The translations under genes and the position numbers were made by a program. The notes beneath the pieces were generated by a model. The model saw only the letters and a program-made list of their open reading frames with translations, was not told the origin of the DNA and did not search any database. Below are positions 38,231-52,529 of a stretch of DNA of 64,000 nucleotides, one piece after another (the first letter of the stretch is position 1; every line of letters starts with the position of its first letter). The stretch comes from Cenococcum geophilum (taxonomy: Eukaryota), in contig CP158635.1 of NCBI GenBank assembly GCA_050273025.1, forward strand, positions 25,606,001-25,670,000. Direction: 5' to 3'.

Positions 38231-40312
38231 GGGCTAAATATATAGCTGTTAAAATAACTGCGATAGAGTAGTATGTATAGTTTAGGACCAGTTTACCTAT
38301 AAGTCTTAGGTTAATATAAGCTAAGATATTTAAGACTTAGTAATATCCATTTATAAGCTAAATGCTAATAATAGCTATAAGGGCGGTAATACTTCGGTTT
38401 ATAACGGTTAATTAAGACTAGCACTCTTTATAGTTAATATACTAACGGGTCCCCTTTGACCTATTAATGGCAGAGGCGTTTATAATAAGCTTCCAGATAT
38501 AGTAACACGTTTACTAGATTATAACGTAGCCTATAAGACACTAGTACTAAAGTATTACGTTTCTTCCTTATAAATAAAGCGGATAAGTATATCTACTTTA
38601 TCTCCTAGGAAGCTGTAATCCTATTTAGGCAATATCCGCTTAAGGCCCTTATAAGTTAGCGGAGGTTAGATACAGAGTATATGGATTTAATTATTGGATA
38701 TAATATAACTGGAAATTAGACTCTAAACTATATCCTAGTATATTATATTAAGCTATCCTTTAATCTACTTCTTAATACTTATAAATAGATCCTTTAAGTA
38801 TTTGCTCTTTATAATATTCCTAGTATATAGTGCGATAATATTATACTCCTTATAAGCCTATAATAAATTATTATAATTAGAGTAACAGCGTGGACCTCTA
38901 GATAATGGACTCGTCTCCTTATATAGCTTAAGTAGAATATTGCGTAGATATCTAGTAGCTTTATTCGCGAGCTTGTATAATATATCTAGAAGTACTACCT
39001 GTTTCTCTATATTAGTCTTTACCCTCTTCTGTTTTTCTATATACTTAATTAGTAGGGCTAATAATATTATATTCTTATTAAGTATTCGATTTTCCTCCTC
39101 CTAGGCAGATACCTGCGAGATAATATTACTGTTAATTATAATAAATAAAGCCAGATCGCTGGCGAAATCCACTGCCCTATCCTTTTATATCGCCATCCTA
39201 GTAGTAATAAAGTTATGGCCAAGTCGGGTAGATAGAGGGGCTGTAGGTTTTTAAGACTTTTGCTTTAGCGGTGTAATATCCGTAAGAGCGCCCTTATACC
39301 AGTCTTTAATAAGGATAATTGCATATTCGGTAATACTATTACGTTAGGCGGCCCGTCTAAATCGCTGCAGTATTATATTTAGGCTTTTATTGGGATAATA
39401 ACTATATATAATAGAATGGATAATATCTAGAATATCCGCATTATAAGCTAGGGCGTCTAACGTAATAAGAATACGGGTAGGTAAGTCTTCTATATAGAAA
39501 TTTTAATACTCCCTACTCTTATTACGTTTGGATAATATCACATAATAACTCCGCACTGCTATTTTAGCTTACTTTATAGTATAGCCCTTAGTTATAAGCT
39601 ATAAACGGATCGTGTTTATATACCTACGGATATAATTTTTAGCATAAAAAAAGATAATTATCTTAGAAATTAATTCGGGACTTGGAACCTTTTGTCCCTT
39701 TAGCTATATAGTACCTTCTACTAGATTTTAAATCCGCCCAACTAGTTAATAAATAGAGGTAGCGGATATCCTACTAGATGCTGCGGGTGTTTGGCTAGAT
39801 AATACGGATATCTGGCTAAGGGTTGTGGGTATATAATCCTCCTCTACTACCACCTCCTTAAATGCCTCTTTAATAATAAAGAATAGTGCCTTATAATTAT
39901 TCTTATCCCTCCTCTTAATATAGCCCTTAATAATAGATAGGTTAGGCTAATTAATATTTATTTATTTAAGATCTGTTATACTCTAATAAAACCCTACTAG
40001 CTTTATTACCTTTATATATATCTTCTTATTAAGTATTACAGTATATATAAACTACAACACTATTAAACTAAGCAGTAATCGGACCTTAAAGAGCTATACG
40101 TAATAGGGCTAGAAGCTCTTACCCCAGTTAGCAACTAGATAATACTTATTAATTATAACTAAGGAAATATGCAAGTAAAAAGCAGGCTAAGTAAGGATAT
40201 GGTGGAACTGTTTACTTAATAGTAACTCTAGTAATACTAGAATATATATAAACTAACCCGCCTTAATATATTTTAGGATATCCGTATACGCTTTTATTAC
40301 CTCCGTATATAT

Positions 40313-43300
40313 TATTATTATTATTATTCATTACTTAACGTCCAATTCGGATCCCTATTAGGCCCACGCGGACTACTCCTTATATACATATAGGGAGAAA
40401 ACTCTATTTAAGAAAACCCCGTAATCTATCTCCCCGCCTTTTAGGACTCGCCTATAAGGCGCCTGCGAGGCGCCTACGAGTCACCTATAGTGCTCTACTA
40501 CCTTACTTTTTAACCTCTTTAAAAACCACTGCTGCCGTAATAAGCCTACGGACGCGCTAGTATTGTAAACTTTACTCTACCACTATAGAGTTATTAGGGG
40601 GCGCCCATTGCTCGCCCCCTCTGCCCTTTATTACCATTTCCCTTATAACCCGGAACTAGTTTAGTACATTTTAGCTAATAAGCCACTAGGTAACCGCCTT
40701 AAGGCCTTTTTATATTAAGAGTAGTGTATTATAGTTCTCTATACCAGCTACTAAGAGCATTACTTCTTAGTTAGTGTGTAAGGGGCATAACAGTATTATA
40801 TATTTTGGTGTCTGTCTTAGCTAGCTATATTTGTATCTTAGGCTACCTACTAGAATACCTACCTAGTAGAGCCAATCTTTTAGTCCTATTATTCCTATTC
40901 TTAAGAGTGTTACTATTATATTTTCTACCTTCGTTAGGCCTTCTTGGAGCCCTAAAGTGTTTACCCCCTATAGCGTTAACTATGCTACGGCTTGGGTTCC
41001 TCTTGCCTTAGTTAGCCTTTATACCTTTAACTCCTATACACCTCTTCAGCATTAGTCCAGCTAGTGTTATATTACGGTAGATAGTTTCCCGGTGTTCTTT
41101 TATACTCTACTTTAGCTCCTTTCTCTCTCTTGCTATTATTTTTACTGGCCTCTTACGCGTCTCCCTTCCTCCTCTATATGGGCTTGAGCCCTAAAGTAGC
41201 ACTATTTTTCTTTTACTTTCTTTACCTATTTCTCTAATATGTCTTCCCTACTTTAGGGTTATTAGTTTATTCTCCTATAGGGCGCCCTAGGGTCCCTCTA
41301 TAGTTTATTTAGGCGTGTCTTAATATACTTTATAATATTAGAGTTATGTTTATTTTGCGCCCTTTATATTACAGCGGCTTTAATATATAGTTATAGGGGG
41401 GGAATATTAGCTTCCTTTTTAAGTAGTGCTGTGGCCGTTCGCTTATATCCGCCTATTATACTCCGGAGGTAGGCTATTTAGACCTTTTAGAGTGGTTTAA
41501 GGAGCGATTTAGGGGGGCCTTTCTTAGATTCTCTAATGGCCCAAATACTAGACCTATATATTATAGTTAGCCGGACAACTGCTGTATATAGTAGGCGTAA
41601 CCTCTAGAAGTATAGACCTTATATAAAATTAACGATCCTAGATAATGCGATATACTATACTTAGCCCTTATGGACCGCTTACGCTATATATGCGCTCTAC
41701 TAGAGCTTACTATCTACCTATACTCCTAATACCCTTAGGCCCTAAACTAGTTAACCCCTAAAGCCTTAGATACGAATTATATGCTAGAGATCTATAGATT
41801 AGTTGCATTTTTTTATAAAGTAGATTAGCTAGTATTTCTCTAGTAAGAATTGGACTCTATATCGTCTTACCTATTCTATATAGGTGTTATAAGCTTTCCC
41901 TAGTGTTCTGCAATTCTTTGCGGCTGTTAGCCCGTATATAATTAGGTTTGTATTATTAATAAAGCCTATCCCCTAGGTCGCCCCTTCCTTAAAGAAGTTA
42001 AGCAGGTTGCTTATAAAGAAAAGGAAGAGTATAGGCAAGAGGGGTAATCCTTATGGTATTCCTGTTATAACTATAATAGGGGGGCTCTAGTATCTGCTAA
42101 AGACTAGTAATATTTTTTTCTAACCTATAAACCCTTAAATAAATTATATAATTTATTCTAGGAAGCCTTTTACCCTAAGGATATATAGGAGATGCTTATA
42201 GGGTACGTTATTATAGGCGCCGCTAATATCTAGGCTAAGTATTAATACTATAAAGTCTCTTCGTATCGCCTATACGGATTTAATAGTGGCAGTAAGTAGC
42301 GTAAGTACTAATAGTATTAAGCGGTTCTTTCTTGCCCCTATTTAGCTTTGTGGTAGTAAGTTATATTCTTTAGCCGTGTCTACTATACGGTCCGCTATTA
42401 CCTTTTTTAAGATCTTGCTAAGGGTGTTTTCTAAGGCAATAGGGCGGTAGCTTCCTAGGATTAAGTAATCTGCTTTACCTTCTTTCTATAAAATAACCGT
42501 CGTTATAGATCTTCCGAGTCGCGGGTAGTAGCCTATAGTAAAGCATACCCTAGCTATATCTATAAGCTAGGGTGCTATAAGTAGTCTATAGGTTTTTAAG
42601 GCCTTATTTAGAATCCTATCTAGTTCTAATACTATATTATTTAAAAGGCGGCTAATAGTTCTAGCCATTTCCTCTGTTGTTATATCGCTATTAACCCTTA
42701 GGTAAGTCACCGGTGTTTTACCTATAATATTGCTAAGGTCTACCGGAGCCGGTTAGGGGAAGAACCTCTCTATAAGGATCTTTACCTTCTTATTATTATT
42801 ATTAGTAGCCTATAATTCCCCTGCTCTTTATAGGGGTAGTAGGTATAAATCTTCTGCTAAACGCCCTACCTTTTTCTTTACCTATTTTGCTATAGCCTAA
42901 AGGCCCTTATTATAGGGGAGGCTCGGGTTAGAAGTGTGCTTATTTATAAACCATCTCTAGTTATTCCTTATTTTTTTCTTTAGGGTATTCTTTAACTGGT
43001 TTCTTATATCTTTGTATTATCTCTTATCTTTAGGGTTATAGCTACTTATATATTTCCTTCTTACTTATTATTGGCTAGTAATAAGAACCGCGTATTATAT
43101 AGACTATATATATTGCGTATAGGGGCCCGGTTTTAAGACCGGGCAGTGCTCTTTTAGCCCGTTTTTAATCGCTACCTAGATCCTTTCTAGTCTTTGGTTA
43201 ATTTCCTTAGGGGTAGCTAATAAGCCTCGCTTGTTTAGAATTAGGTGGATTTCTTCTAGGTCTTAGAATTATTGTTTAACTATATTAAGGAAACTATCTG

Positions 43301-45865
43301 TCTTAAGCTTCCTTATTGCGTATCTTTTACTACTTAGTTACGCCTTAATATCCAAATCTAGCTATATTTAGATGGGGATATAGTCTAAAGCGAGTGCCTA
43401 TTCTTCTTTAGGGTTGCACCTTTTAAGTCTCTAGTATAGGCCTTCGTTTATAAATATAAGGTCAATTATACTTCTAGAGGTTCCTTATTACCATATAGTT
43501 GCTCCTAGGGGGGTAGCTAACTTAAGGCCCTAGGTGTCTATAGCTCTTAGTAGGCACTTTACCTATTAATTAGCAGTAATATAGATACCCCCCTACCGCG
43601 GGTGGTAGAGGTTTATGTCTCCTAATAGAATAGACTCTATGCCTTTAGTTTTTAGCAAGCTTATTACTAATATAATATTCTCTGTTTATGGGACCCCTTT
43701 AACCCTAGGGTTATATACATTAATAATTTATACCGGTCCCCTATATATCTAGATTATTATAACTGCAATATCTAGGTTAACTGCCTGCTATAACTATAAG
43801 GATAGGCTAATAGCCTTGCTAATTATAAAATATACGCATATAGCTGCTTTTAGTTTATATAGAAGCTGGAATCCTTAAGGGTAGTATATTAATTATATAT
43901 AGGTATTATAGTACGGCTCTTATATAGTAAGGATATAGTGTTTCTCTAGGTCTAGACTGTCTAGTAAAGGCCTTATAAGACGGTAGTTTGTGTTGCCGTA
44001 GTTATACTATATAATGGATAGGTAGTGGACCCCCGGCGAGGGTCCTTCGCCTCTTCTTTATTTCTCGCTTCTTCTATTTCTACTTTCTCTAGGATGTTTA
44101 GAACTTCTATCTCTTATATTTATACCCTAGTTACTACTTATTTTATATAGAGCTTTCTATTCCCATATCTTATATTCCTACTAGCGCTTCTATATCTAAA
44201 TCTATTATTATTTCCGGTTTCTCCCCTATTCTTACTAGCTGGCTATACGCCCTTTATAGGTTGGCTGCAAATATTATATTTGCCGCGTTAAATCTAATTC
44301 TTAATTGTCCTGGTCTTAAGCTTACTATAGCTGTCCATAGGGGTCTTCCTACTAGGCGTCCTCTCCCTTATGTCCCCTGTGACCCTTATATCCCTATATA
44401 GTCTAGTAATGTTACGCGGCGCCGCTTCTAGCCCGTTAAGGCTTGGGATAGCTAGCCTAGCCCCCTAGTACTAAAGGTAGGAAACGCTAAAAAGGCACCT
44501 ATGTCCCCCTAGCTTATTACCTGTTATTTCCATTTATATAACCTAGCGTATAGTTATTCCCGCAGCTATTAAGCCCTTACCTTCCGCCTCCTATATTTAA
44601 TGTAGTCTTCTCTCTCCCACGCCTTATATATACTTTAGTAGTAGTTTACACATTTTGTTTAGTTTTAATTTAAGCAGTGTCTTATATTGTAGGGGCCTAT
44701 ATAGTGGCCGCAGCACACCTATACTGCGTATGTGGATTAGGTGTATCCCTATTATACACAGCGGTAGCATCGTTTTAGGCGTAGTCTATAGTTATAGAGC
44801 CTTGCGTTGTATATAAGGCTATTTATAATTATTCCTTTTTAGATAAGGAGTTTTTGTATTCCTAGTGTATATATACTAATAATAAGGGAGCTATACATTT
44901 AACTAGTGTCTCCCTAGCAAGTCTCTAGCGACCCTTATATCCTCTTATTATTCTTATTATTTACTTAGTTTACATTTTCCTATTAAAGCTATTAGATTTA
45001 GGTAATCTTAAAGCCTGGTATAAGGCGTTCTATATATTTTACTATCTCCTATATAGTTGCTGTGTTATCCGCCTAGCGTCCCTTTTTTACCCTAAGGCTT
45101 ATAGAAACCGCTAGGACTTTAACTAAGTAGTTTTTATAGAGCACTTTTATGCTAATACGTTCTCCTAGCCTGTCCCCTACCCTTACGGCTTATTCCTTTA
45201 CCTATTAGTCTTTTAGGGTAACTCTAATATCTCCGCTCCTAAGGTATCGGACTATAATTATATTATAAACCTCTTTATAAATCTCCGTAAGGACTTCTGT
45301 TTCTAATTATCCCCTAAGCCCCTCTACTTTTTCTATATTTAGTTATATTATAATTATATACCCGGTTATTGTCTTAAGGGGGATAGGTTCCCTATACTGT
45401 GGAAGTATAGCTATAGCGGCCTAGATGCGGTTCGCCGGTAAGGGGGGTTTTTATTTATTTTTAATTTTGCTTAGCCATTAGAGGATTTAATTAAGGGTTT
45501 GCTAGAGGGGCGCCTAAGGTTCACTAGACTAGCGGAGCTATTCTGCTAGCTATATTAGTTTATTATAGCTAATAGTTACTCCCCCGCAATTCTAGATACT
45601 AAATACGTCCAGTAGGCTTTATATTTTGTTAGATGCCTTCTTAATAGAGGTGTTTCCGCTTTATAGTATGGTATTCGCCCGTCTTTATTATGGAGGGCCG
45701 TTGTTGGGCGTGGATCTGGCGGTTGCGCGCGAGTATAAGTCACCGTCAGTTGACGTATGCCTCCCCTATGATGTATGCATCTTAGGGGGATTATCTGGGT
45801 GTTTTTTAGGGTTCTTTTTGGTTGGTTTTGGTCTTTTTAGGCTAGGTGCAGTAAGAGCTCCTTTC
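40313..45865 (-). mobile_element. Tad1-clade LINE, RIP-mutated, inserted in the helicase gene
   Basis: 16-bp TSD TTACCTC(C/T)GTATATAT at 40297-40312 and 45866-45881. (AAT)n tail. ORF1 CCHC knuckles (RCYRC). ORF2 APE domain and RT motifs GIP*GLPLLPILF and GFINNTNL (=GFVDDTNL). Confidence 0.92.
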
Positions 45866-46517
45866 TTACCTCTGTATATATAAATACGGGATTTACTTCT
45901 AGAATAGCCTATATCTTTAATAGCTACTCCTCTCTAATTGCGTTTAAAGGTAATATAATAATAGTAACGGAAGCTTAAATTAGTAATGGAATCGCCTGTA
46001 TTATTATACTCTTACTCTATAACGTCTTCGCTACTAGAAATAAGTCCCTCTTTTTATATATTACCCGTCTTAACACCTTAATTTAACTAGGTCGTCTGCT
46101 GTACGGATATAGAAGCTTAATAGCTCTATCTATCGCGCTTAACTATTCCTCCTTACTTGCCTCCTGTAAGGCTAAAAGCTTATCTTATATATCCTATAAC
46201 TGCCTCTTTACTAGGGATATAAGATCCTCCTATATATAATTATTTAGTTTCTATAAGCTTTATAAAACCTACTAGCGTTCCTATTTAACTATAGTCTTCC
46301 AACCTTAACGACTAGTGTTTTTCTTCTAAGCTATAGTGGTTTTCTATACGGATATAGCGTCTAGTAGTAGTAGAGGCACTTTAGGCTAAGTAAGGATATT
46401 TTTAAGGAAGGACCTAACTATAGCATCTACTAGGTGTTGCAATAGCTTTAAGTAGTAGATATCTATATATCTGTATAGTTTTATCTATATTAGTAGACTA
46501 TTTAATAAAATATAATA

Positions 46518-49500
46518 GAGACAACTTAAAAGCCGTAATAGCAGCGAAACCAGCCCAAAAACTACTTAATAAAGTAATCCGATATTGGAATTCTATTCCC
46601 CACACTGAGAGACCCTATAAAACCACGTCGCCCCCATCTATAGTATGGGGGACGACGGAGGGGCGCAAGCTTCCCGCTAGAGCTATAAAAATCGCGATAT
46701 AAGGGAGCTGAACTATAAACCAGGCGGGTAATAACACGGAAAGGACAGCTGCTAGCTTAACCAGTAATGGCAAAAACTAAAGGAAATACTCGGATAAATT
46801 AAAGATAATCTTATAAAAGAGGAGGAAGAAACCCCATAACACTAGATACTTATTACTGTTTAAGAGGTAATATAATGCGTTAAAACCCTCTTAACGCGTT
46901 AGATAACCTAAGAGAAGGAGACTAAAGCCTAGCTTAACCGGATTAAAGCTAGTATTATAAAAATCTAAAAGGAAATATATAAAGGAGGACCCCTAGGTCT
47001 AGGAGTTTCTTTAGTATAGGGCTAGACCTAAGTAGCTGTTACTGCGCAAGCGGCCCGTATAGTAAACGCAGTCGTAGCACTATAGAGAGCGACCGTACGC
47101 GTTCGGCTTAAGGAGCCCTAGGGCTACGAACTAGGGGAGCTTCTTAAAAATATTTAGAGAATAATACTAAGCGTATACGCCGTACGCACCCTTAATAGCG
47201 GGGACATAAACGTTTATGTCCCCTCCTAAATAATAAAGGATTAAATCTTAAACGGACCAAACACGCTAGGACTTAAAATACTAAAAAAAGACTACCTCTT
47301 AGAAGTACCTAGGGTCCTACTTAAGACCCTAATTAATAGCGGAAGGAATATAGATAACTTAGAATTAATCTAATCTATTTGCAAAGCTATAAAGCGCCTC
47401 GTGCCTGGAGTAGCTATTAGCTAAATCCGATAGCTATACAACCCTAAAGCGCAGGCGAAACGCTAGGAAAGCCCTAGCAGCACCTAAAGAGAACCTAAGA
47501 AGACTAGAGGAACACTTATAATTGGCGTCTTAACCTAAGCAATTTAGCATAAAATTATAAAAAGCGGGATAGTTATTAAATCTCAGCTTTTTAAGACTAG
47601 GCTATTTAAGAACAGCCTAATTATAAAGCAATGCTATAGATATAATTAATAGGGATATATATAAAGCGTATATGGAAAACAAATAAAATGCGGATAATAT
47701 GTAGGGCTATATAGCACCACGGATTGCCCTAAAGAAAGGGTATCCTGCGTTAATTGCGGTAAAGCCTATAAAGTATAATAAAGAAAGGAGTGTAGGACTT
47801 TTTAAAGCTACCTTAAAGGTATCCAAATAAAAAGAATAGCCCTCTTAACGCAGTTGCTCTGTATATAAAAAGCTATAGAAATAATATTACACCCACCCCT
47901 AATACTAGGAAACTTTATAATCATTACTAATAAAAAAAGAGAATAAGAACTATTAGGGACCTAAGAATAACTACTTAAACGGGGACTAGGTAAACTATCT
48001 TTTATTAATAAAGTAAGCAGAGATAGATCGCAATTAAGGCTCCGGCTGCGTGCTAATAGAGCAATAATAGTAACTAGTAAAAATAAAGAGGAGCAGGATA
48101 TAGATATAGATAAGCCTATACTTACCCTAAATAAATAAGTATATAATTATCTAGTATAACTGCGGAAATGCAAATTAAGGGGTATATCGCCCCTTTTTTA
48201 ATAGCGTTATGCTGGCGGATTACTAGGTCCTTACAGTCTAGAAGCCGGTATTTAATAGGTACACTAAATTAATATACTGCCCTAGGGGATTTATACTTAC
48301 GTATAACGCCCTCCCCATAATAAAAGTCTGCTTTATAATTAGCCGGAATATTAATGCCGCGCACTAGAAGTGCAGATAGTACGGCCCCTTTACTACAGCC
48401 CTCTGGGTGCGCCTAGAGGGGCTAAAGATTATAATTATTAACGTCTACAACCCGCGTAAAGATGGCCCTTAAATTAGGACATGGCCGGAGGTTAAAACGG
48501 CCATTAAGGAAGCTAAGGGAGAAATCGTACTTTTAGGCAACTTTAACGCCTACTACCTAAGGTAGGGCGGAAAGCATATAGCAATAAGAGAGTGTAATTA
48601 ACCTTATATTTATATCTCTAAATCTATATAGAAGAGTTAACTTCTATGGTATAGTTAAGGAATGGGCCCTTATAAGAGACTATATACCTATCCGCATCCA
48701 AATTAACAACGCTAGCTGTCCGCTAGCGGAACGCCGGCGCCTCGCCATTAAAAAACTAGACTTATAGGGCCTCCTCTAAAGCATTTAGGGGCTTAACTAG
48801 GCCATATCTAAAGACCCCCTTTAAGCCCTTTAGGAAGGGATTAAATAAGCACTTAAAGAACACTGCCCGTAAGTATAACCTAGCTAGTAGGCCCGCCAAG
48901 AATGGTCACTAAATGCTATACAGCTCCACGCTAGCGCCCGCTAGGCGCGGCAATAGTACTAAAACTATAACAACCCCTAGGACTTACAAAGATACCTAAT
49001 ACTAAGTAATTAACTCTAGAAAGAAACTAGGAGAGTTAATTATAATAACTAGAGGCGCTTTATTTGTAAACTTACCAAGGATTAATTAAAACCCTATAAT
49101 AAAGGACTTTAGATCCTATTAAAATGGAGTAGAAAAGTAAGCATAGCGAAGGCGGACCCCTATTTACTAGACCTTAGGAGGTCCATTAAGGACCCTTTAA
49201 TAGACAATAATACTATAAAAGTAGATATCTTTATAGCCAAATTCTTTCCTAAGACTGGAATAGCGGACCTTAGCGATATTAAGATAGAGGTAATAATAGA
49301 ACAAAGAGCACTTAATATTAGCCCTATTATCTTAATAGAAGAAATTAGTAAGCTAATTAGGAGCCTTCTAAATGGAAAAGCCCTAGGGCTAGATAGCATA
49401 CTAAACGAAGTTCTTAAAGCAGTTGCCCTAGTTATTATAAAAGACTTAGTAGAAGCAGCTAGCTACTGCTTTGCTAATAGAACAATACTAAAAAGTCTTA

Positions 49501-51707
49501 AAGAATCTATAACTATGGTATTACGTAAGGAAGGAAAGAAAGACTACTTTTTCCTAGGCAGCTATAGACCAATTACCCTTAAAAATTCGCTAGTAAAAGT
49601 CCTAGAAAAGCATATAGCTAATATTATATTAGAAGCAGCGGAAGAGCACGGTCTACTTCTTTAGAACTAGATAGGAGCAAGGCGCAAGCAATCTATACTA
49701 TTAGCAGTAGGACTGCTTAGCTCTTACGTACAGATAGCGTAGCGAACGCGCCGTGGGTGCGTGGTATTAATGCTAAGCTTAGACTTAATAGGAGCATTTA
49801 ATAACGTGTCCTATAAAAGGCTCCTTTATATTCTAAAAAGAAAAGGCTTTTTAAAGTAGCTTATAGACTTTATATAAAGCTTCCTAATAGTACGTAAGAC
49901 CCGTATTAAGTTTATAAAATATAAGAGTAATTAAATTTAGACACAGACAGGTATCCCCTAGGGGTCTCCCTTATCGCTAATTCTGTTTCTCTTTTTTATA
50001 TTAGAACTTTTAGAGAAATTCCAGAGTCCTAATAGCGGCACGCTAGGGTTCGGCTTTGTAGATGACACAAATCTTATTACCTAGGGGGACTCCACGGCAG
50101 AGAACTGTTAACGATTAAAAGCTGCCTATAACTACTGCGCTGCATAGGCAAACCAATACGGCGCGGCGTTCGCCCCTAAAAAGTACTAGCTTATACACTT
50201 TACAAGGCGACGGCGCTACGCCACTGCAGACCTTGCGTCCACCGTGCGTATCGCCGGCTGCGAGACAGCTCCCTAGAAAACCAGCATGTAAATCCTAGGG
50301 ATTTAGGTGAACCCTAAGCTTTAGTAGAAAGAATAGATTAAGAAGGCAGTAACTAAAGGATTAGCAGCCTTTAAAGCGATGTTAAGAATTACTACGTCTA
50401 TATAGGGCCTATTAATACGCCGCTCGCGCCTCCTATACACAGCCACTATCTAATTAGCGATGCTATATGGCGCCTAAGTGTGGGGAGTATAGGACGACGG
50501 CGGAACGCTAGCAAAAAGCTTGCTTAAACCGCTATAGAAAGTCTAGAACTAATGCCTCCGTAGGGTTATAGGAGCATACCAGCAAACACTAATAGCTATA
50601 ATTAAGAAGGAAGCGGCCATTCCCCTAATCTAACTCTATATTAAAATGACAGCCCTCTAAAGAGCCGCCAAAACAGCCTCTAATAGGGTAGAAAAGGAAT
50701 TAGTAGAGGCACCTAAGGGTATCTAAAAAACACTAATAAAGCGCTAGTGGAAAATAAGACGGCTACTAGTACTACTAAAAGTGCTTAGGGACCGCGTAAA
50801 GGACTATAAGAATAAAATATAGGGGTTTCTTATATACTAGAAGAACTGTATAGAGTAGGAAGCTGTAATAAACCCCTATAGGTGTAGCTAGCGGAGCGCT
50901 AGTAGAGCGTAGACGGAGCGCCGCTACTGTATAAGAGGCCACCAGCACTACTGGCGGGAAACCACCCTTATCGCGAAATGGGCAGACCTAGAATAGCGCT
51001 AACGGTAATAGGCAAAGGCCAAAAATCGCATAGAAACTATGTGGAAGACCCTATAGGGGAAACCTATAATCCCATTATATAAAGATCTAATAAAAGTAGA
51101 GGTTATAGTACTATTCCTTCTTTATATAGAGGTAATAGGGCTTAACGCATAGCTTACATCTATTAGAGTATTAAAAATTCTCCCGCGATGCGAATATAGT
51201 TAGATAAGGCAGATAGTACACTATATACTATTCTAATGTCTATAATACTAAAGGGCGGACCTTATAGCATAATGTACCTCTAAATACCTCTAAGACGTCT
51301 TAAATAATAAAAAAAGTGCTTAAGCGGCTGTAAAGTGGCTAATATAGTTAGGTACTTTAGCCTAGTTCTAGGCTATAAAGGTAATAGATGTAGAGGATAT
51401 AAGAGGATACTAGCCCTTTTAAAGCTTAGAGGACTAGTAAAAGAATATAGGCAAAAGGATATTAGTAAAAGGATAAGGGAAGAAGGGGTAGTATGAGATT
51501 GTCCGTAAAGCGCGGTTAGTTAGCTTAATATATAGACTCTAAGCCAGGCAGAAGGCGAGTTGCTAGCGCCCCAATATCGGAACGCCGTCGTCTCTCCAGC
51601 GCGGCCCGCGATTAGGTTTTCTCTAAGATAGAGTTTTTCCTATAGAAGGTATTAGCCTATATGGACCCACTAGGGGGACCGGGACGGGCGGTAAATTGAA
51701 TTTATTA
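46518..51707 (+). mobile_element. Second Tad1-clade LINE (different family), RIP-mutated
   Basis: TSD TTAATAA(A/G)ATATAATA at 46502-46517 and 51708-51723; the empty site is seen in the 2648-3895 copy. ORF1 zinc knuckles; RT motifs GIP*GSPLS and GFVDDTNL ~50055. Confidence 0.92.
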
Positions 51708-52529
51708 TTAATAAGATATAATATATGCTTACGCTTTTAATAACGCGTTTTTTAACTTTAACGAAATTAATGTTAGGACTAAGCAATAGCCATATAATAA
51801 AATTAATACCATTTAGAAGCCCTAAGTCTTAAAAAAAATGTAACTATAGGGTTTAATAATAACGCGTTATGTGAATGAATAAATTAGATATCCGCAATAT
51901 CCGTTTTGTGGATTTTGCTTACGTTTTTAACAAAACTCGCCAAAGCCTCTCAGACGTGATTTTGCAATTCGGAAGACGGCGTAGGTTATTCCGATGCTAG
52001 CTAAAAAATCGCGTCTAAGCTCGCTGAGGTAAGGCACCGCGATCCTTATGATCCATTGCTTTCTCTACCTATTAGATAAGAATTAATTTAACAGTTAATA
52101 GGCCATACAAGTGCACTTGGGTGATACCGACATTAATATTATACTAGGTTTTAGCCCTAGAGTAGTTAGTAAAGAACCGCTTAACTAGGGTAAGATTATT
52201 ATTAGTAATAGCGCGTTCTAAGCTAATTAATTATATATAGTAAGTCTAAAGCTCTTCCTGGCGTCCTAAAAAGGATTATACCTAATTTTTACCTAATAGT
52301 GCGATTTTATAATAGCGAGGGATATTAGAGTTTTCCCGCTAAAAGATAAGGGAGGTAATTGTCTAAATTATATAAAATTAATATAGAAACCTAGCTTTAG
52401 TAAGATATATACAGTATTAAACAATTATTGCCTCGCCAGCGAGAGTTATACGGTATTGGTTAATGCGGACGACTTAGTAAGATTAGCATTTACCCCGGAG
52501 TCGTTTTTAAAAGGTAGTAGGAACTCTAT

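Larger units (their letters stand above)
37470..46360 (-). pseudogene. RecQ-like SF2 helicase of the AcademH-like element, interrupted by a LINE
   Basis: LVAKTL*SKS (=AKTSWGKS, motif I) ~46020, LPLNAIREE* (Ia), LVIINKYYLVANWGKSF*P (=VIDECHLVANWGKSFRP) ~40140, RILITLDALAYNADI (V), LQRFRRAA (=QRFGRAAR, VI) ~39360 and RCYSNY (=CCSNC) ~38880. Confidence 0.85.
30272..52032 (+). mobile_element. AcademH-like DNA transposon (~11 kb after removing two LINEs), RIP-mutated
   Basis: Termini TTACCTCAG / CTGAGGTAA. 9-bp TSD GGCACCGCG at 30263-30271 and 52033-52041; the unsplit site is present once in the 5' LTR. Transposase and RecQ helicase genes are convergent. Confidence 0.88.
28070..52132 (+). mobile_element. 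Small non-autonomous LTR element (~2.3 kb native) with ~204-bp LTRs (28070-28273; 30159-30271 plus 52033-52132)
   Basis: TGTCGG...CCGA(C/T)A LTR pair with TSD TTAAT at 28065-28069 and 52133-52137. No RT or integrase in the 1.9-kb interior. The 3' LTR is split by the AcademH-like element. Confidence 0.88.

Noticed and set aside
30272..52032. Mutator/MULE assignment based on the 9-bp TSD
   Set aside because: No MULE motifs or long G-starting TIRs. The DNFN/GDQ/GLWH motifs plus a RecQ helicase fit AcademH better.
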